NCBI GenBank assembly: GCA_030295235.1
Contig: AP026139.1
Coordinates: 310,001 to 374,000, forward strand
DNA length: 64,000 nucleotides
Direction of reading: 5' to 3'
DNA from: Fistulifera solaris
Lineage: Eukaryota
The notes under the pieces are model-generated. The model was not told where the DNA came from and searched no databases. It worked only from the letters and a program-made list of their open reading frames with translations. A program made the translations under genes and the position numbers. Shown piece by piece: positions 36,343 to 47,561 of the stretch; position 1 is the stretch's first letter, and each line of letters opens with the position of its first letter.

Positions 36343-36718
36343 CGTGTGCATTCGTTCCTCGGATGTTGCGTGACGTCAGTCGTCGAGCCGATCAAAAGTA
36401 CTCCGGAGTAGTTGAAAGGTGTGACGGTCGCATAACTTGCGGTACTTAATACATAGAGCATCCAGTCCCGTTTCTACATATTCGTTTCGCTACGGTTATA
36501 ACTTTGATCTATGATGTAGCCGGTCGGCTCGCCAGTTATTGACGAGAAAGACATCATCGAGAGGAGCAACAACAGCCATGCTGTGAGAAAGAATTATTAT
36601 TCCCCCCTCTTCTACTTATTATCATAATAGTGAGTTTCGTCATTATTGATTGACGCCGTGTTCATTTCTTTTCTACTTTTCCAACAAAATACAGTTCGCA
36701 ACTGTTTCCGAAGACGAT

Positions 36719-37979
36719 ATGCCTCCCCGGGAAGCCGTCGATGAACGACTCGAGGTTGTAGTTTCCGAATCCCCCATTGCTGTACGAAGACGGCGACTGA
36801 CACCAACACCCTACACAGAATACAATCCACCCTTTTCCGATTCGAAACGGCTCCGACGATCCCTGACGGGTGATATGGTGACGACAGCGGAATGGGTCCA
36901 GCGCTCTTGGCAACTGCATTTTGGTGTTTCCCTTTCCGTTTTGACGTTTGGTTACTTCGCCAACCAACCTGCCAGGTACGTAAACGGAGATTTTTTTCTG
37001 ATAGGCGGTGTATAGCCGTCGTCTCTGACTTTCAGTTTTTATCTCGCATTTTGTTAGTAAATACATTCCCATCGATCCGACTTTACTCGTAGGACAGGAA
37101 TGTGAACGGGCCTTTCTGAATGTTCTATCCTCGTCTCTCGAGGATCCTTTTTCTACTGTGTGCTGTAGTGCAGTCAATATACACGGTATTTGCAATAAGG
37201 TGCGCTGCTTCATGTGTTGCACTTCTCTTGTAGCCCTGAAACTCATACTGTCACTCGATTCGATGTTGCAGACAACGCTACCACTCGGAAGCCGACTCTC
37301 GCGATTCCCGGAGGCGTGGCTGATTCCTCTATTTCCGTTAATACTAAGCTGGTGTGTGAATCGTTGGAATAATACTATACAGAACAATCAAACCATGATA
37401 CGCCGACTGGTCCTTTACATAACAATCATGCTAATTCGTGGTGTCATACTTTATCGAGGAATGAATCAAATGGAAACCTATTTTCATAGCACCGATGCTT
37501 CGTGTTGGTACCAAGAGTATTTGCGGGAGGATCAATCAACTTGTTATGGACGATCCTTTGATTTTTCGGATCATGTGGTCCTGTACATGGCGCAAATACT
37601 CCCCATATGCTTGGCTGAGACACTCGAATGCATACAACAACCTCCTACGCTGCCACCACGCCGTATTATGTCGACACAAACCATGACATTGTTAACGAGC
37701 ATGAATGGGGGAATCAATCCAGACGAGGAGACACCTTCGTCTCCAAAAAAGAAATGCCCGACCGTGCGACCTCTCTCGGTCGTGATTGTGTTCGGGACTC
37801 TCTACTTGTATTTGATCACGTTGTGGGGTTCGTACCGTACCACAGCATACTTTCATACGGGTCCGGAAGTCTTTATTGGATTTGCCGTGAGTCTTTTGCT
37901 GCAGTGGCCCCTGTATCGTTTGCAATGTTCGGAGCAACCATTTATACGCCACGTACAAGAATGGTTCTTTGGGAAGTAG
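36719..37979 (+). CDS. FIT (Scs3/FITM)-like multipass membrane protein, intron-containing
   Basis: SFDFSDHVVL and TAYFHTGPE resemble the two FIT His motifs; several TM segments; donor AG|GTACGT near 36976. Confidence 0.6.
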
Positions 37980-38036
37980 CAATAGTGCTAGTACAGAAAT
38001 GTTAATCATGCTTTGTGAACAAATTAGAATTTTAAT

Positions 38037-38882
38037 TTACATTACCATCGCCGGAAACAATTCGCGACGACTCGCTTGTCCGAAATACAGACCCGCGACG
38101 ACCAAGAGTAGATTTATGGCGGCTTTGTTATCACTACACACTGCACGGTGTTGTGCGACCTTTACAACAAGTTTACGTAAGGTGGCAGCATCTTGTCGAT
38201 GTAAGGGCGTTTCCAGTCGTGCCAAGAGTGCATAGCACCACTCATAATACTGTGAACTAGTAAGTTGTGTGGAAGAAGCCAAATGTTGTAAGACGCGACG
38301 TATCATGACTTGATCCAGTTGACACACCAGTTGCACCGTCGGCATATGATATCCTTCCGGTGGCAGTGCGTCTTTCCAGGCGGCGCTGGTGGTAGCGTCA
38401 TCGTCATCAGTAGTTTCTTCGACGTGCCCGCTACAAAACTGGATCCATCCGGCTCGATCTTTCATGGACGGAACGGTCGGGAGGAATCGATGTTCTTTTC
38501 CACCAACTCCTTGTTGATGACACACGCTTAAATACTCTCGTAATTGTTCAAATATCTCTAAAGTTTGCGCAATCCACGCGGCTTCGTGGGGAATTCTTTC
38601 TTTCGGCAGTGGAATTTGCGTGGACAATAAATACTGCAGGGAAGCCGCCGACCCATCCAAAATTTCATAGCCAGCCTTGTGAGAGGAAATGTGTGTTTGT
38701 GAAGAAGCTACGAGGGATGTATCGGGAATGCCGCGAGCTTGCTGGGCAACGCGTTGCAAATACTCGGAAGCTTCCATCGTATCGACATCGTCAAAAGAGA
38801 TTGTGTTGTTGTTGTTGTTGTTGTCGTCGTCGTCGTAGTCAAAACGTTTCCGTTTTGTCGGTAGACAGGGCTGTTGAGACAT
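38037..38882 (-). CDS. GEMIN2: Gemin2/SIP1 (SMN complex)
   Basis: ASEYLQRVAQQARGIP; WCYALLARLETPL..AATLRKL; NLLLVVAGLYFGQ. Confidence 0.85.
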   Translation of the reverse strand: MSQQPCLPTKRKRFDYDDDDNNNNNNTISFDDVDTMEASEYLQRVAQQARGIPDTSLVASSQTHISSHKAGYEILDGSAASLQYLLSTQIPLPKERIPHEAAWIAQTLEIFEQLREYLSVCHQQGVGGKEHRFLPTVPSMKDRAGWIQFCSGHVEETTDDDDATTSAAWKDALPPEGYHMPTVQLVCQLDQVMIRRVLQHLASSTQLTSSQYYEWCYALLARLETPLHRQDAATLRKLVVKVAQHRAVCSDNKAAINLLLVVAGLYFGQASRRELFPAMVM

Positions 38883-39145
38883 GATTGTCGAACAGTGGAA
38901 GGAAAGATGTGCAAACCGTAGCACTTCTAAAGTATAAATGGATGAACTATAAACGAAAAAAGAAAATTGTGAGGCGCTGTCGTCGCGATGAGGAGGTGTC
39001 GAGATAATTAAGGTTACGCGTTATGAGCTAAAAAGATTGTGATCAGAAAAGAAAAAGATGCAAAATAAGTCGTAAACAAAACATCAAAGAATATAATTCG
39101 GATTATCGTGGTTTGAAGAATGCTTTCTCTGTTAGAACAATACAA

Positions 39146-39835
39146 ATGAGATTGATACTTGGTCGACAAAGCGCTTGGCTTGCAATGGCTCTACCGACGG
39201 CATCTTCGCTTCGTGGAGCATCACCACTGCTTGTTCGACGCTCCCACAGAATGAATGACACAGCAGGTAGTCAGGACAATTCCGAAGCTACTGCCAAAAA
39301 GTATACATTCAACGGCTGTTCGGACGACGAAAATAAGAGTTCTGTGGCCGTAACGTTTAATACGGGTCACACAATGACAACGGATTTGCCCCTTCGTATG
39401 GGAGGTAAGGATCAGGCCCCGCAACCGGTCGAATGCTTGTTAGCGGCTTGGGCGGGATGTACGCAAGCAACGGCCTTATTTGTGAGTCGGCAACTGATGC
39501 GAGATAATAAGCGTAGTCCGCTACTAGAACGAATGGAATTTGTCAACATTACGGCAACACGAGATGAACGAGGAGCCTTGGCGTTGGCGATCCACGAAGA
39601 TCCGCCCGCACAGAGTCGAATCCAGACCCTTGCCGGAACCATTGTGGTGTGGCCTTCGTTCGACGAAGAATTGTTGCAATTGTTGCAAGAACAAACCGAA
39701 TTGCGATGTCCGGTAGCCAGTATGCTTAGCGCGAGTGGTTGTCGTATGAACGTGGAGTGGATCAATGGAGATGAAAAAGAGAATAGGAGAAGCGTTTTCT
39801 CTAGAAACAGGAACAAGAGCAATATTCCATTGTAG
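39146..39835 (+). CDS. OsmC/Ohr-like protein with organelle-targeting-like N-terminus
   Basis: TDLPLRMGGKDQAPQPVECLLAAWAGC...RCPVASML. Confidence 0.85.
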   Translation: MRLILGRQSAWLAMALPTASSLRGASPLLVRRSHRMNDTAGSQDNSEATAKKYTFNGCSDDENKSSVAVTFNTGHTMTTDLPLRMGGKDQAPQPVECLLAAWAGCTQATALFVSRQLMRDNKRSPLLERMEFVNITATRDERGALALAIHEDPPAQSRIQTLAGTIVVWPSFDEELLQLLQEQTELRCPVASMLSASGCRMNVEWINGDEKENRRSVFSRNRNKSNIPL

Positions 39836-40252
39836 AGACGTAAACGAGTCGTTTACTTCGTAGTGATGCTACTAGATGCTTTCTAGGCGGAAAGAGCACA
39901 AGCAAGATCAAGGCTAAGGGTCACTTCAATCCCGCTATCCTTATTCGTTTCCACGTGGAAACATTGTTCCCGTGACTGAACTCTCCTTAAAAAAGTACAG
40001 CGGCAATGCACAGAGACATTTTCTCGCCGCGAAGGAAATAATTCGTTGTAATTGATTCATATTATTTCATTCAAGCACACTACTATTCGTATAACTGTCA
40101 TTTCTTTTCTTTTTTTCATCCAAACAACTTATCCTTCCGATTTCCCGCAAGTGAAAAGAGAGACGGAATTGCAATACGGAGGGAACTTGTGGCAATTGAC
40201 AGAAAAAAGCCGTACTTGGGCAAACGCGGCGTCTTCATCACAGCAAAACATC

Positions 40253-43200
40253 ATGACTCTATCCAATTCGTTCACATACCGTCGATTTCTTCGTCTTTTT
40301 CTACTGGGTGCCTTTTCTGCGGCAGCGCCCGACTTTTTGGGTGTTCCCACGACTGCCGGACCACTCGATGACGCCAAATGCAATGTCGAAGATTTAGAAC
40401 AAGCCAATGATCTGCAACTGTTTGTCATTTTACAAGAATTGCGCAATACGACCTTCTTTCGCAACTTCTTAGTCGATCTCGATCGTCCTTGTCCTTTGCA
40501 GTCTTGGAGAAAAAGAGACAGCGAGCAAGAAGAAGAAGAGGAATTTGAATGCGGCGGTAATGAGGAAGCGGATGAAGATGCTGAACCGGCTTGTCATGTT
40601 GATCTTAGTTCGAATAGCAACCCCTTTTCGTCGAATGCCTTATTTTCCATGGCTACCACAGGATTCGAATCGAAGGCACAAAAGGACACATTTAAGTGGC
40701 AGAAACAAACCGATATTGTGGTCAAAGACGAAGAGCCCTGCGAAGAGCCGCTTTTGCCCGATTCCTTTTGGATTGATATTTGTAGTCCTCCGGGGAAAAC
40801 GGCGGAAGAAAAGCTTGTTAATTTGGCTATGAATCCTGAAAAGAATACCGGATACAACGGGACGCACATTTGGAAAGCCATTTATGAGGAAAATTGTTTA
40901 ATGGTCGATGATATGAACAGTAAAGAACTGATGTGTTTCGAAGAACGTGTCTTGTACCGGCTGTTGTCGGGATTGCACACGTCCACGACATTGTCGATTG
41001 CTATGAACTACTATCCGCCATCCAAGCGAAAGGGACGGACCGAATACGAAGCAAATCCGGATTATTTTATGAAGAAGTTCCATGATAATCCGGAACACAT
41101 TCGGAATTTGCATTTCTCGTACGTCGTTTTGTTACGTGCCTTGCAAAAGGCAGCACCGGTGCTACACGAATTTGATATTCGAACGGGGGATATTGTGGAA
41201 GACGAAACGGCCAAAGTGCTGTTGCGTCGATTGTTGGATTCAGCCATTTTGCAATCCTGTTCGAACGTCTTTTCGGCGTTTGATGAATCGCTGATGTTTC
41301 AGCAGGATACTCGTTTTAATGTTGTTACTCTGCAGAAAAATTTCAAAGGCGTCTTTCACAATGTATCGTCGATTCTGGATTGCGTGCAATGTCAGCAGTG
41401 TAAATTGCACGGAAAGATGGCCATGTTGGGGTATGGGACGGCACTCAAAGTACTTTTCATGAGAGAAGAGCCACCTGTTATGACTCGAAACGAAATTGTG
41501 GCGTTCATCAACACTATTGCGAAGTTCTCTGAAAGCATTCGTCAGGTCCGTGAACTTACGCATCTTTATTTAGAGAAACAAGAGCAAAAGGTGGCCAAAA
41601 TGAAACAGACAGCCGCCCTGCCTCAACATATTACAATTGTGGATGGAATTACAATAGACGCTTTGGATGGTGCCGTAGGTCTCATTGCCAAGTTAGGTCA
41701 GGAAAATCTTATCGATTGGGAAAGAGAGGCTGAACTTGTGCAGTTGGCTTTAGAGCGAAATCCAGAGTTGTTGATTTTGGTAAAACATTACGGTAACGAC
41801 GTGTCGAAATTCCTCGAGCTGGCAAGTTCGATCGGATTCGTCGATACAAAAGCGCCGCTTCCAGATGCCATAATCGTAGGAAGTGGCCTGGCAGGCCTAT
41901 CGGTCGCTCTCAATATTCTTGATCGAGGTGGAAGTGTTGTGATTATTGAAAAGGAACACCTACTTGGTGGAAACTCGAACAAGGCTAGCTCTGGTATCAA
42001 TGCGTACGTCTCACCTGACGAAGCAGGCGCTGACTCCTTGGATTTATTTCGCAATGACACTACCCGTTCAGCAGGATCGTCCGCCCGTCAAGACTTGATT
42101 GATGTGTTGGTTACTAATAGTGGATCGGCTGTCACTTGGCTACGCGAGCGAGTTGGTGTAGACCTTTCGCTGAAGGCACAGCTGGGTGGCCATTCCTCGA
42201 AACGTACACATCGGCCAAGCAACGGTATGGCGGGTGCAGAAATTATTTACGGTATGCAGAAGGCTGTCAGAGAGTATGAGCAGACAGGCCGTGTGAAAAT
42301 ATTAGTTGATACTCGAGTTAGCTCATTAGTAGCGGATGATAACGGTGCTGTTATTGGAGTTGAATGCATCAGTGCTGGAATAGACGAGGCCTACAAGCTA
42401 CATGCACCCAACGTAATTTTAGCTACAGGTGGATTCGCTGCTGACCGTTCCTCTGGATCTTATCTGGAACAGTATCGACCTGAATTGTTGAAGTTCCCCA
42501 CGACAGCGGGCCCATTCTCCACCGGTGATGGAATATCCCTTGCGACAACTTTAGGTGCGGGAACTGTTGACATGAGTAAAGTACAAGTGCACCCAACTGG
42601 TTGGGTCGATCCTAAAGATCCCGACAATACAAGCAAAGTCTTGGCGGCTGAGCTTATGCGGGGCGTTGGGGGCATTCTTATCAACAAAGAAGGGGATAGA
42701 TTTGTCAACGAACTCGGAACAAGAGCACACATTACGGAACGAATGCTCTCTCATGACCCCATTTACGAAAAAAACGGTGCATGGGATAAGAGTCGGCCGG
42801 TACCAACTTTCTCGCTCGTCCTCTCGTCGTCTGCTGCGGAAGAGGCTAAGAAACATGTGGATTTGTACAGTCACAAAGGCTTACTTACTCGAATAGAGGG
42901 TGTGTCTCTTCTTGCACGGTGGATGAATGTACCGAAAGCGAAATTAGTTAAGACTTTTCAAGATTACCAGGATGCATCTAAGGCTGGAAGTGATGCATTT
43001 GGAAGAGTTACTTTCCGTAATTTACCAGCCGAGTCATTGGAAAATGAAGTTTTTTATGCAGGGACTGTGACACCTGTATTGCATTATTGTATGGGAGGGA
43101 TTACAATCGACACCGAAGGGTATGTGTTGAATGTGAACGGTGAACGAATACCTGGTCTGCATGCAGCGGGGGAAGTGACCGGGGGTGTTCACGGCGTAAA

Positions 43201-43564
43201 TCGACTGGCTGGGAATTCGCTACTAGAATGCACTGTCTTCGGATCTCTAATTGGACGCAGAATTCCGATCGCAAACCCAATTAATCGCGGGCCCAAACAA
43301 GGTCAAGGAATGAAATCCAACAAAGACACCTCGCTACGCAACGTCTCATCAGCTGAACTTCATCAGCACAACACCGAAGATGATTGCTGGGTTGCAATTC
43401 ATGGTGTCGTGTACGACCTTACAGAATTTGCAAGTGAGCACCCAGCAGGTCCTGAGTCTATTTGGAGTCTGGCTGGGGGCGACGGAACCGAAGCTTTTGA
43501 TGCTGTGCACAATAAAGGACTACTTGAAGACTTTGCCGAAGATCGAATTGGTCTTCTCGTATGA
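40253..43564 (+). CDS. ERO1 - flavocytochrome-c/Osm1-type fumarate reductase - cytochrome b5 fusion (1103 aa from ATG 40253)
   Basis: Signal peptide; ERO1 motifs NPEKNTGY, IWKAIYEENC, LYRLLSGLH, DCVQCQQCKLHGK; FRD motifs GSGLAG, GGNSNKASSGIN, QVHPTG, ELGTR, HYCMGG, HGVNRLAGNSL; b5 WVAIHGVVYDLTEF..HPAG..FDAVH; one uninterrupted ORF. Confidence 0.93.
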   Translation: MTLSNSFTYRRFLRLFLLGAFSAAAPDFLGVPTTAGPLDDAKCNVEDLEQANDLQLFVILQELRNTTFFRNFLVDLDRPCPLQSWRKRDSEQEEEEEFECGGNEEADEDAEPACHVDLSSNSNPFSSNALFSMATTGFESKAQKDTFKWQKQTDIVVKDEEPCEEPLLPDSFWIDICSPPGKTAEEKLVNLAMNPEKNTGYNGTHIWKAIYEENCLMVDDMNSKELMCFEERVLYRLLSGLHTSTTLSIAMNYYPPSKRKGRTEYEANPDYFMKKFHDNPEHIRNLHFSYVVLLRALQKAAPVLHEFDIRTGDIVEDETAKVLLRRLLDSAILQSCSNVFSAFDESLMFQQDTRFNVVTLQKNFKGVFHNVSSILDCVQCQQCKLHGKMAMLGYGTALKVLFMREEPPVMTRNEIVAFINTIAKFSESIRQVRELTHLYLEKQEQKVAKMKQTAALPQHITIVDGITIDALDGAVGLIAKLGQENLIDWEREAELVQLALERNPELLILVKHYGNDVSKFLELASSIGFVDTKAPLPDAIIVGSGLAGLSVALNILDRGGSVVIIEKEHLLGGNSNKASSGINAYVSPDEAGADSLDLFRNDTTRSAGSSARQDLIDVLVTNSGSAVTWLRERVGVDLSLKAQLGGHSSKRTHRPSNGMAGAEIIYGMQKAVREYEQTGRVKILVDTRVSSLVADDNGAVIGVECISAGIDEAYKLHAPNVILATGGFAADRSSGSYLEQYRPELLKFPTTAGPFSTGDGISLATTLGAGTVDMSKVQVHPTGWVDPKDPDNTSKVLAAELMRGVGGILINKEGDRFVNELGTRAHITERMLSHDPIYEKNGAWDKSRPVPTFSLVLSSSAAEEAKKHVDLYSHKGLLTRIEGVSLLARWMNVPKAKLVKTFQDYQDASKAGSDAFGRVTFRNLPAESLENEVFYAGTVTPVLHYCMGGITIDTEGYVLNVNGERIPGLHAAGEVTGGVHGVNRLAGNSLLECTVFGSLIGRRIPIANPINRGPKQGQGMKSNKDTSLRNVSSAELHQHNTEDDCWVAIHGVVYDLTEFASEHPAGPESIWSLAGGDGTEAFDAVHNKGLLEDFAEDRIGLLV

Positions 43565-44864
43565 TGATCTCTCTGCTATCGTTGGCAAACCTCGACGATT
43601 ATGATGAAACATTTGGGTTTCCGGTTTGTCGCTGCAACGTATACTTGGCCGTTCAAAGTAGGCCTGCTCACCGACTATTAAGACTGAGAAACTTTGAAGA
43701 TGAGCTTTTATCAATTACTTTAGCTAGTGTAGGAACAAATAATGGTTTAGCTAATTTTCAAACATATGAAGAACTCCATAATTGTCAACTCAACCTAGCG
43801 TACCACACTCATCGGAGCATAAAGTAGACAAGAGAACAACAGCAACAAACGGCGAATTAAACACTGAAGACAAAAGCGAGACTCTGGTTTGGAACAAAGA
43901 CTCAAGGAATGGAGGAACTTAATGCGTACATCGTACTCAGCCGGATGGTGAAACGAGACCCAAACGAAAGGGAAGTTAAAAGGTCTAGCTTGCTACCGGT
44001 ACCAGAATTGTCCATTTGTACTAATGATTCAATCACCGCCTCAATGTGAAATCCAAAACAAGGCGGGGACACGACCTGCTGCATGGCCGCTCCGCAGCAT
44101 CGAGGCGTCCCAATGTTGAATCACATCGTCATTGAGACCGCTCCCTAGACACTTGCCTTCACTGTTTCACGCGAGGATACAAACAGACGACTCTTTAGAT
44201 CCGGGCAAAGTCATCCCCGCGGCGGAGTATTGCGCACGTCAAGACCGCAATCTTCCCGTTTGTATACCGCAGTCAATCAGTTCCGCCAATCGTTTCAACG
44301 TAGTGCGCGGACTGGAACCCCTATGAAAGCTAGCGAGGTGCGAATTATTTGTTTTTGCCGGTCGCGTCATACAGCCGAAATACCTTCGCATGTCCTACAG
44401 CTAAAAACTGCGTCAATCCCTCGATTGAGCGCCACTCTATTGTACTAACGCGGCTTCTGTTGCGAAATTTGCCACCACCGCCCGACGTACTGCATTTGTG
44501 GTTTCGTTCACCATGAACGTGGACGACCCGTCAGTAACAGCAAGACATCAATCATGCTCCAACGAAGCGGATTGCTGTAAAAGTCTTTACAATGCCCGGT
44601 ACATCAGCTATCGGAACGGGGACGCTGTTTGTCGAACGCTTATAGCTTGTGGATTGATTTACCATTAAAGGAACGACGGAGCTGGGTACCCGAAGTAGCC
44701 CGTCATGGATTATCGACTATAATAGCAACTCTTCAAAAAAATAACTCGTCGGAACGCTACATCTTGCACTCAAAAGTTGCTTTTCGTAGGCGAAATTTTG
44801 GAAAACAAGCGATCGAAGCCGGGTCAAACCGCGTGATAATGGGCACTGATTAAGGAGTTAAAGC

Positions 44865-46990
44865 AGCAGATTCTAGCTTCCAACGATACAAATCATATCA
44901 ATGCGACCACGAGAAGGAGAGAAACGATCCAGGTCTTCACGAAAGGCAGTAAGATGAGGCGTTGAAAGGCCAACACCACTCGAGCGCACGCGAGGTAATG
45001 GGGAGTTTTTTCACATCTTAGGAGTGCGAGGCGCGACAGTCCGCACCGTACACAATACCCAGGACGGTAAGGAGTCGATGAGTGACGATGCAACGTATAT
45101 CAGACGATATTACGTTGCTTTCAGAGCAAAGATGACATCATAGTGTGATTTTTGGTTGAAAGCGACCTGCGGTGTATTTTTTCTACGTGATTTGAGTACC
45201 ACGTATTTGCATGTAGCGAGGACTACCAAGGCTACGTTACTATTGTACACGATACAAATACGACAGTATTGTATCTAAGCCGTACCGCTGCTTATTGTCG
45301 CTGCTTCGTTCGCACTTTTCAAAGGAATCGCTGTGTTGAAAGGTAAGTTACCATGAAGATCTTTATTAACGTCTACTTTCGCACCCTTTTGTCTCTTTCT
45401 TATAAAAGATGAAGTCTTTACTCACCCCTGTGCTTGCTTTTGATGTCTTGAAAGTTTGAAATCACTTACAAATAGCACAATTGACAAAGTCAAGTGTCAG
45501 CAGCATCGCAAAGCAAACAAAATGAAAAATAACACAATCAGTCCTATCGTGGTGGCACAAGGAGCTTCCTCTCCTCGCGGTCGCTCGCTAACAAAGTACT
45601 TGAAAAAAAGAAAGATATCCTTGTGAGCAGCGGGTCTAAATGGAAATCGAAGCAGTGGGTTCCTGCTAGCGGTTTCTCTGTCGAAGAGACGGTGGATATT
45701 GCAATACGATTTGGTGACAAGTTCAAGGCTTTGCGGCATACAGAGCATAGCGTCGTTCGTCGTGGTGAATTTACCACGCTTGACGCGATCCTTGACGACA
45801 GTTTTAAGATCTTGAGAAAGGAGTTGAGTGATATGGCTGCCTTTCAGACGAAGACTACTGCGTCCGCGAGTGAAGTTATGGGTACGGCCGCAACAGCGTC
45901 ACTTGATCCTGTTGCTGCCGCTGTTGCTGCAGTGATGGAGGTGAATTGGCTGTTTCTTCTTCTCGAAAGCGTCCGTATTCGCGGTCGAAAAAGAATGAAA
46001 ATGTTTCGAAGAAAAGCCAGAAAGGACCGAAGAAAGCACGCGTCGCAACAAATGTAGTGCATCATCCCATTGTATCCCGTTTGCCGGCCAGCAATCGTGG
46101 TCCCTCTCCTACTCCTACCGAGCAGCCAGCGTCCTGTTTCAGCAAGTAGTAAGGGGATAGAGAAATGGCAGATCGACATGTTGATGGACTGGATGAAGGA
46201 GAATGATTACAATTCTTCTCCCGACTGGACTGCAATTGACGACCTTGTCAAGCTGCATCGGCATGAAGCCATCGCAGATAGTCGCTTGGATCGCAGAGCT
46301 CGGAGCTAGTGTTGTTAAGCTCCGCAGTGGTGGGGGTGCTGTTGATGATTCAGTGGGAGTGGGACTTGGAGTTGAGGTTGCAACGGAGCAACAGCCAGAA
46401 ATCATCTTAATCGATGATGACAACAACGACGAAGCTGTTAGTGTCCCGGAGCTCGCTGAAGAGAACGACAAGGATGATGATATCAGTAGCCTACTTGACC
46501 TCGCCACGGACGAAATGATTGACGAATTCTACGCAAAGTATGCAGGAGTCAATCTACCAGACGCCACAAATGAAGTTGCAGGTGTTGATGACGAAGGTAC
46601 AGAGCCCACTGTCGCAAAGCCGTGCAAGGTGCTTCAAGATGCTTCCGACGTTCACAATGAGTCCCAAAATGAATCTGAGTCGTCTGGGGGCGGCGAAGCT
46701 GCATTGGAGTCGTCGTGTTTGGAATCACTCGAGTCGTTGGAGCCACTCATTTTTGAGCTTGGCTTCGACTTTGACGATGAATGCGAATGTGAAACTTCAT
46801 TTTCATCTGAGTGCGTGAAGAATCGAGCGAACGACCCGCTCATTAAGGGAAACTCATCGGGTTAGCTGCTTGGATCGTTGACTGCTGATGAAGGTGCGTT
46901 GATCAAAGAGATTGACTTTTCCTTATCTGGCGTTTATGGGGATCTTCACAGTCCATCCACGCATATCCGGTCAGAATTGATTGATAGTAT
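44865..46990 (+). repeat. Third, more diverged copy of the homeobox-like gene unit including upstream region
   Basis: Colinear with ~15220-17400 with many substitutions. Confidence 0.9.
45522..46865 (+). CDS. TALE-homeodomain-like protein, paralog C (frameshifted in assembly)
   Basis: EKWQIDMLMDWMKENDYNSSPDWTAIDDLV..GMKPSQIVAWIAELG; acidic tail. Confidence 0.6.
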
Positions 46991-47561
46991 CTTCGGCTGT
47001 TTGCTCCCTGATCGTTTGATCGGATGTTGATGAATGGTTTCGTCTTATCGTCGTTTTCCCTATGAGTGCTGTCGCTGTCACTTTTCCCGCCAATACCCTT
47101 TCCAAGAGTCCATCTCCGACTGCTTAGCCATGAATACCTTCTTAATCGTTTTCGCTTCGTATGAATGAATCAAAATAAAGAGTTGTTCTTCCTTTGTTGT
47201 GCTGTCACCGTCTTCCAAACTAGTACTATAAAAAACATGTCAATTCTGCTGTTCTTTAAAGTTAAATTTGAAAATTTTCGTAAATAACTCTGGCTTGCTT
47301 CGTAGTTGCAAATATCTGCTATCCTTGTTTGATTGGATCCATTTTTTCGTTGAACCGTAGCTAGAAAAAAATTGCGCGATCGCGCGGTCTTTCATGTCAA
47401 CGCTCGTGGCCATTATACCGTACAAAGTATACACGAACCTGCGGTAATTTTTTTGTCGTGCATGATCGCGCTTCAATGTTTTTTTCCCCTTCATTCTTTT
47501 CAACAACCAACAACAAACGAGTGAGTAATTGACTAGCTATTGCTGTAAAACGTAAAACACC

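Noticed and set aside
43850..44860. Possible gene or TE relic between the ERO1 fusion and repeat copy 3
   Set aside because: Only short ORFs; no motif or terminal repeat recognised
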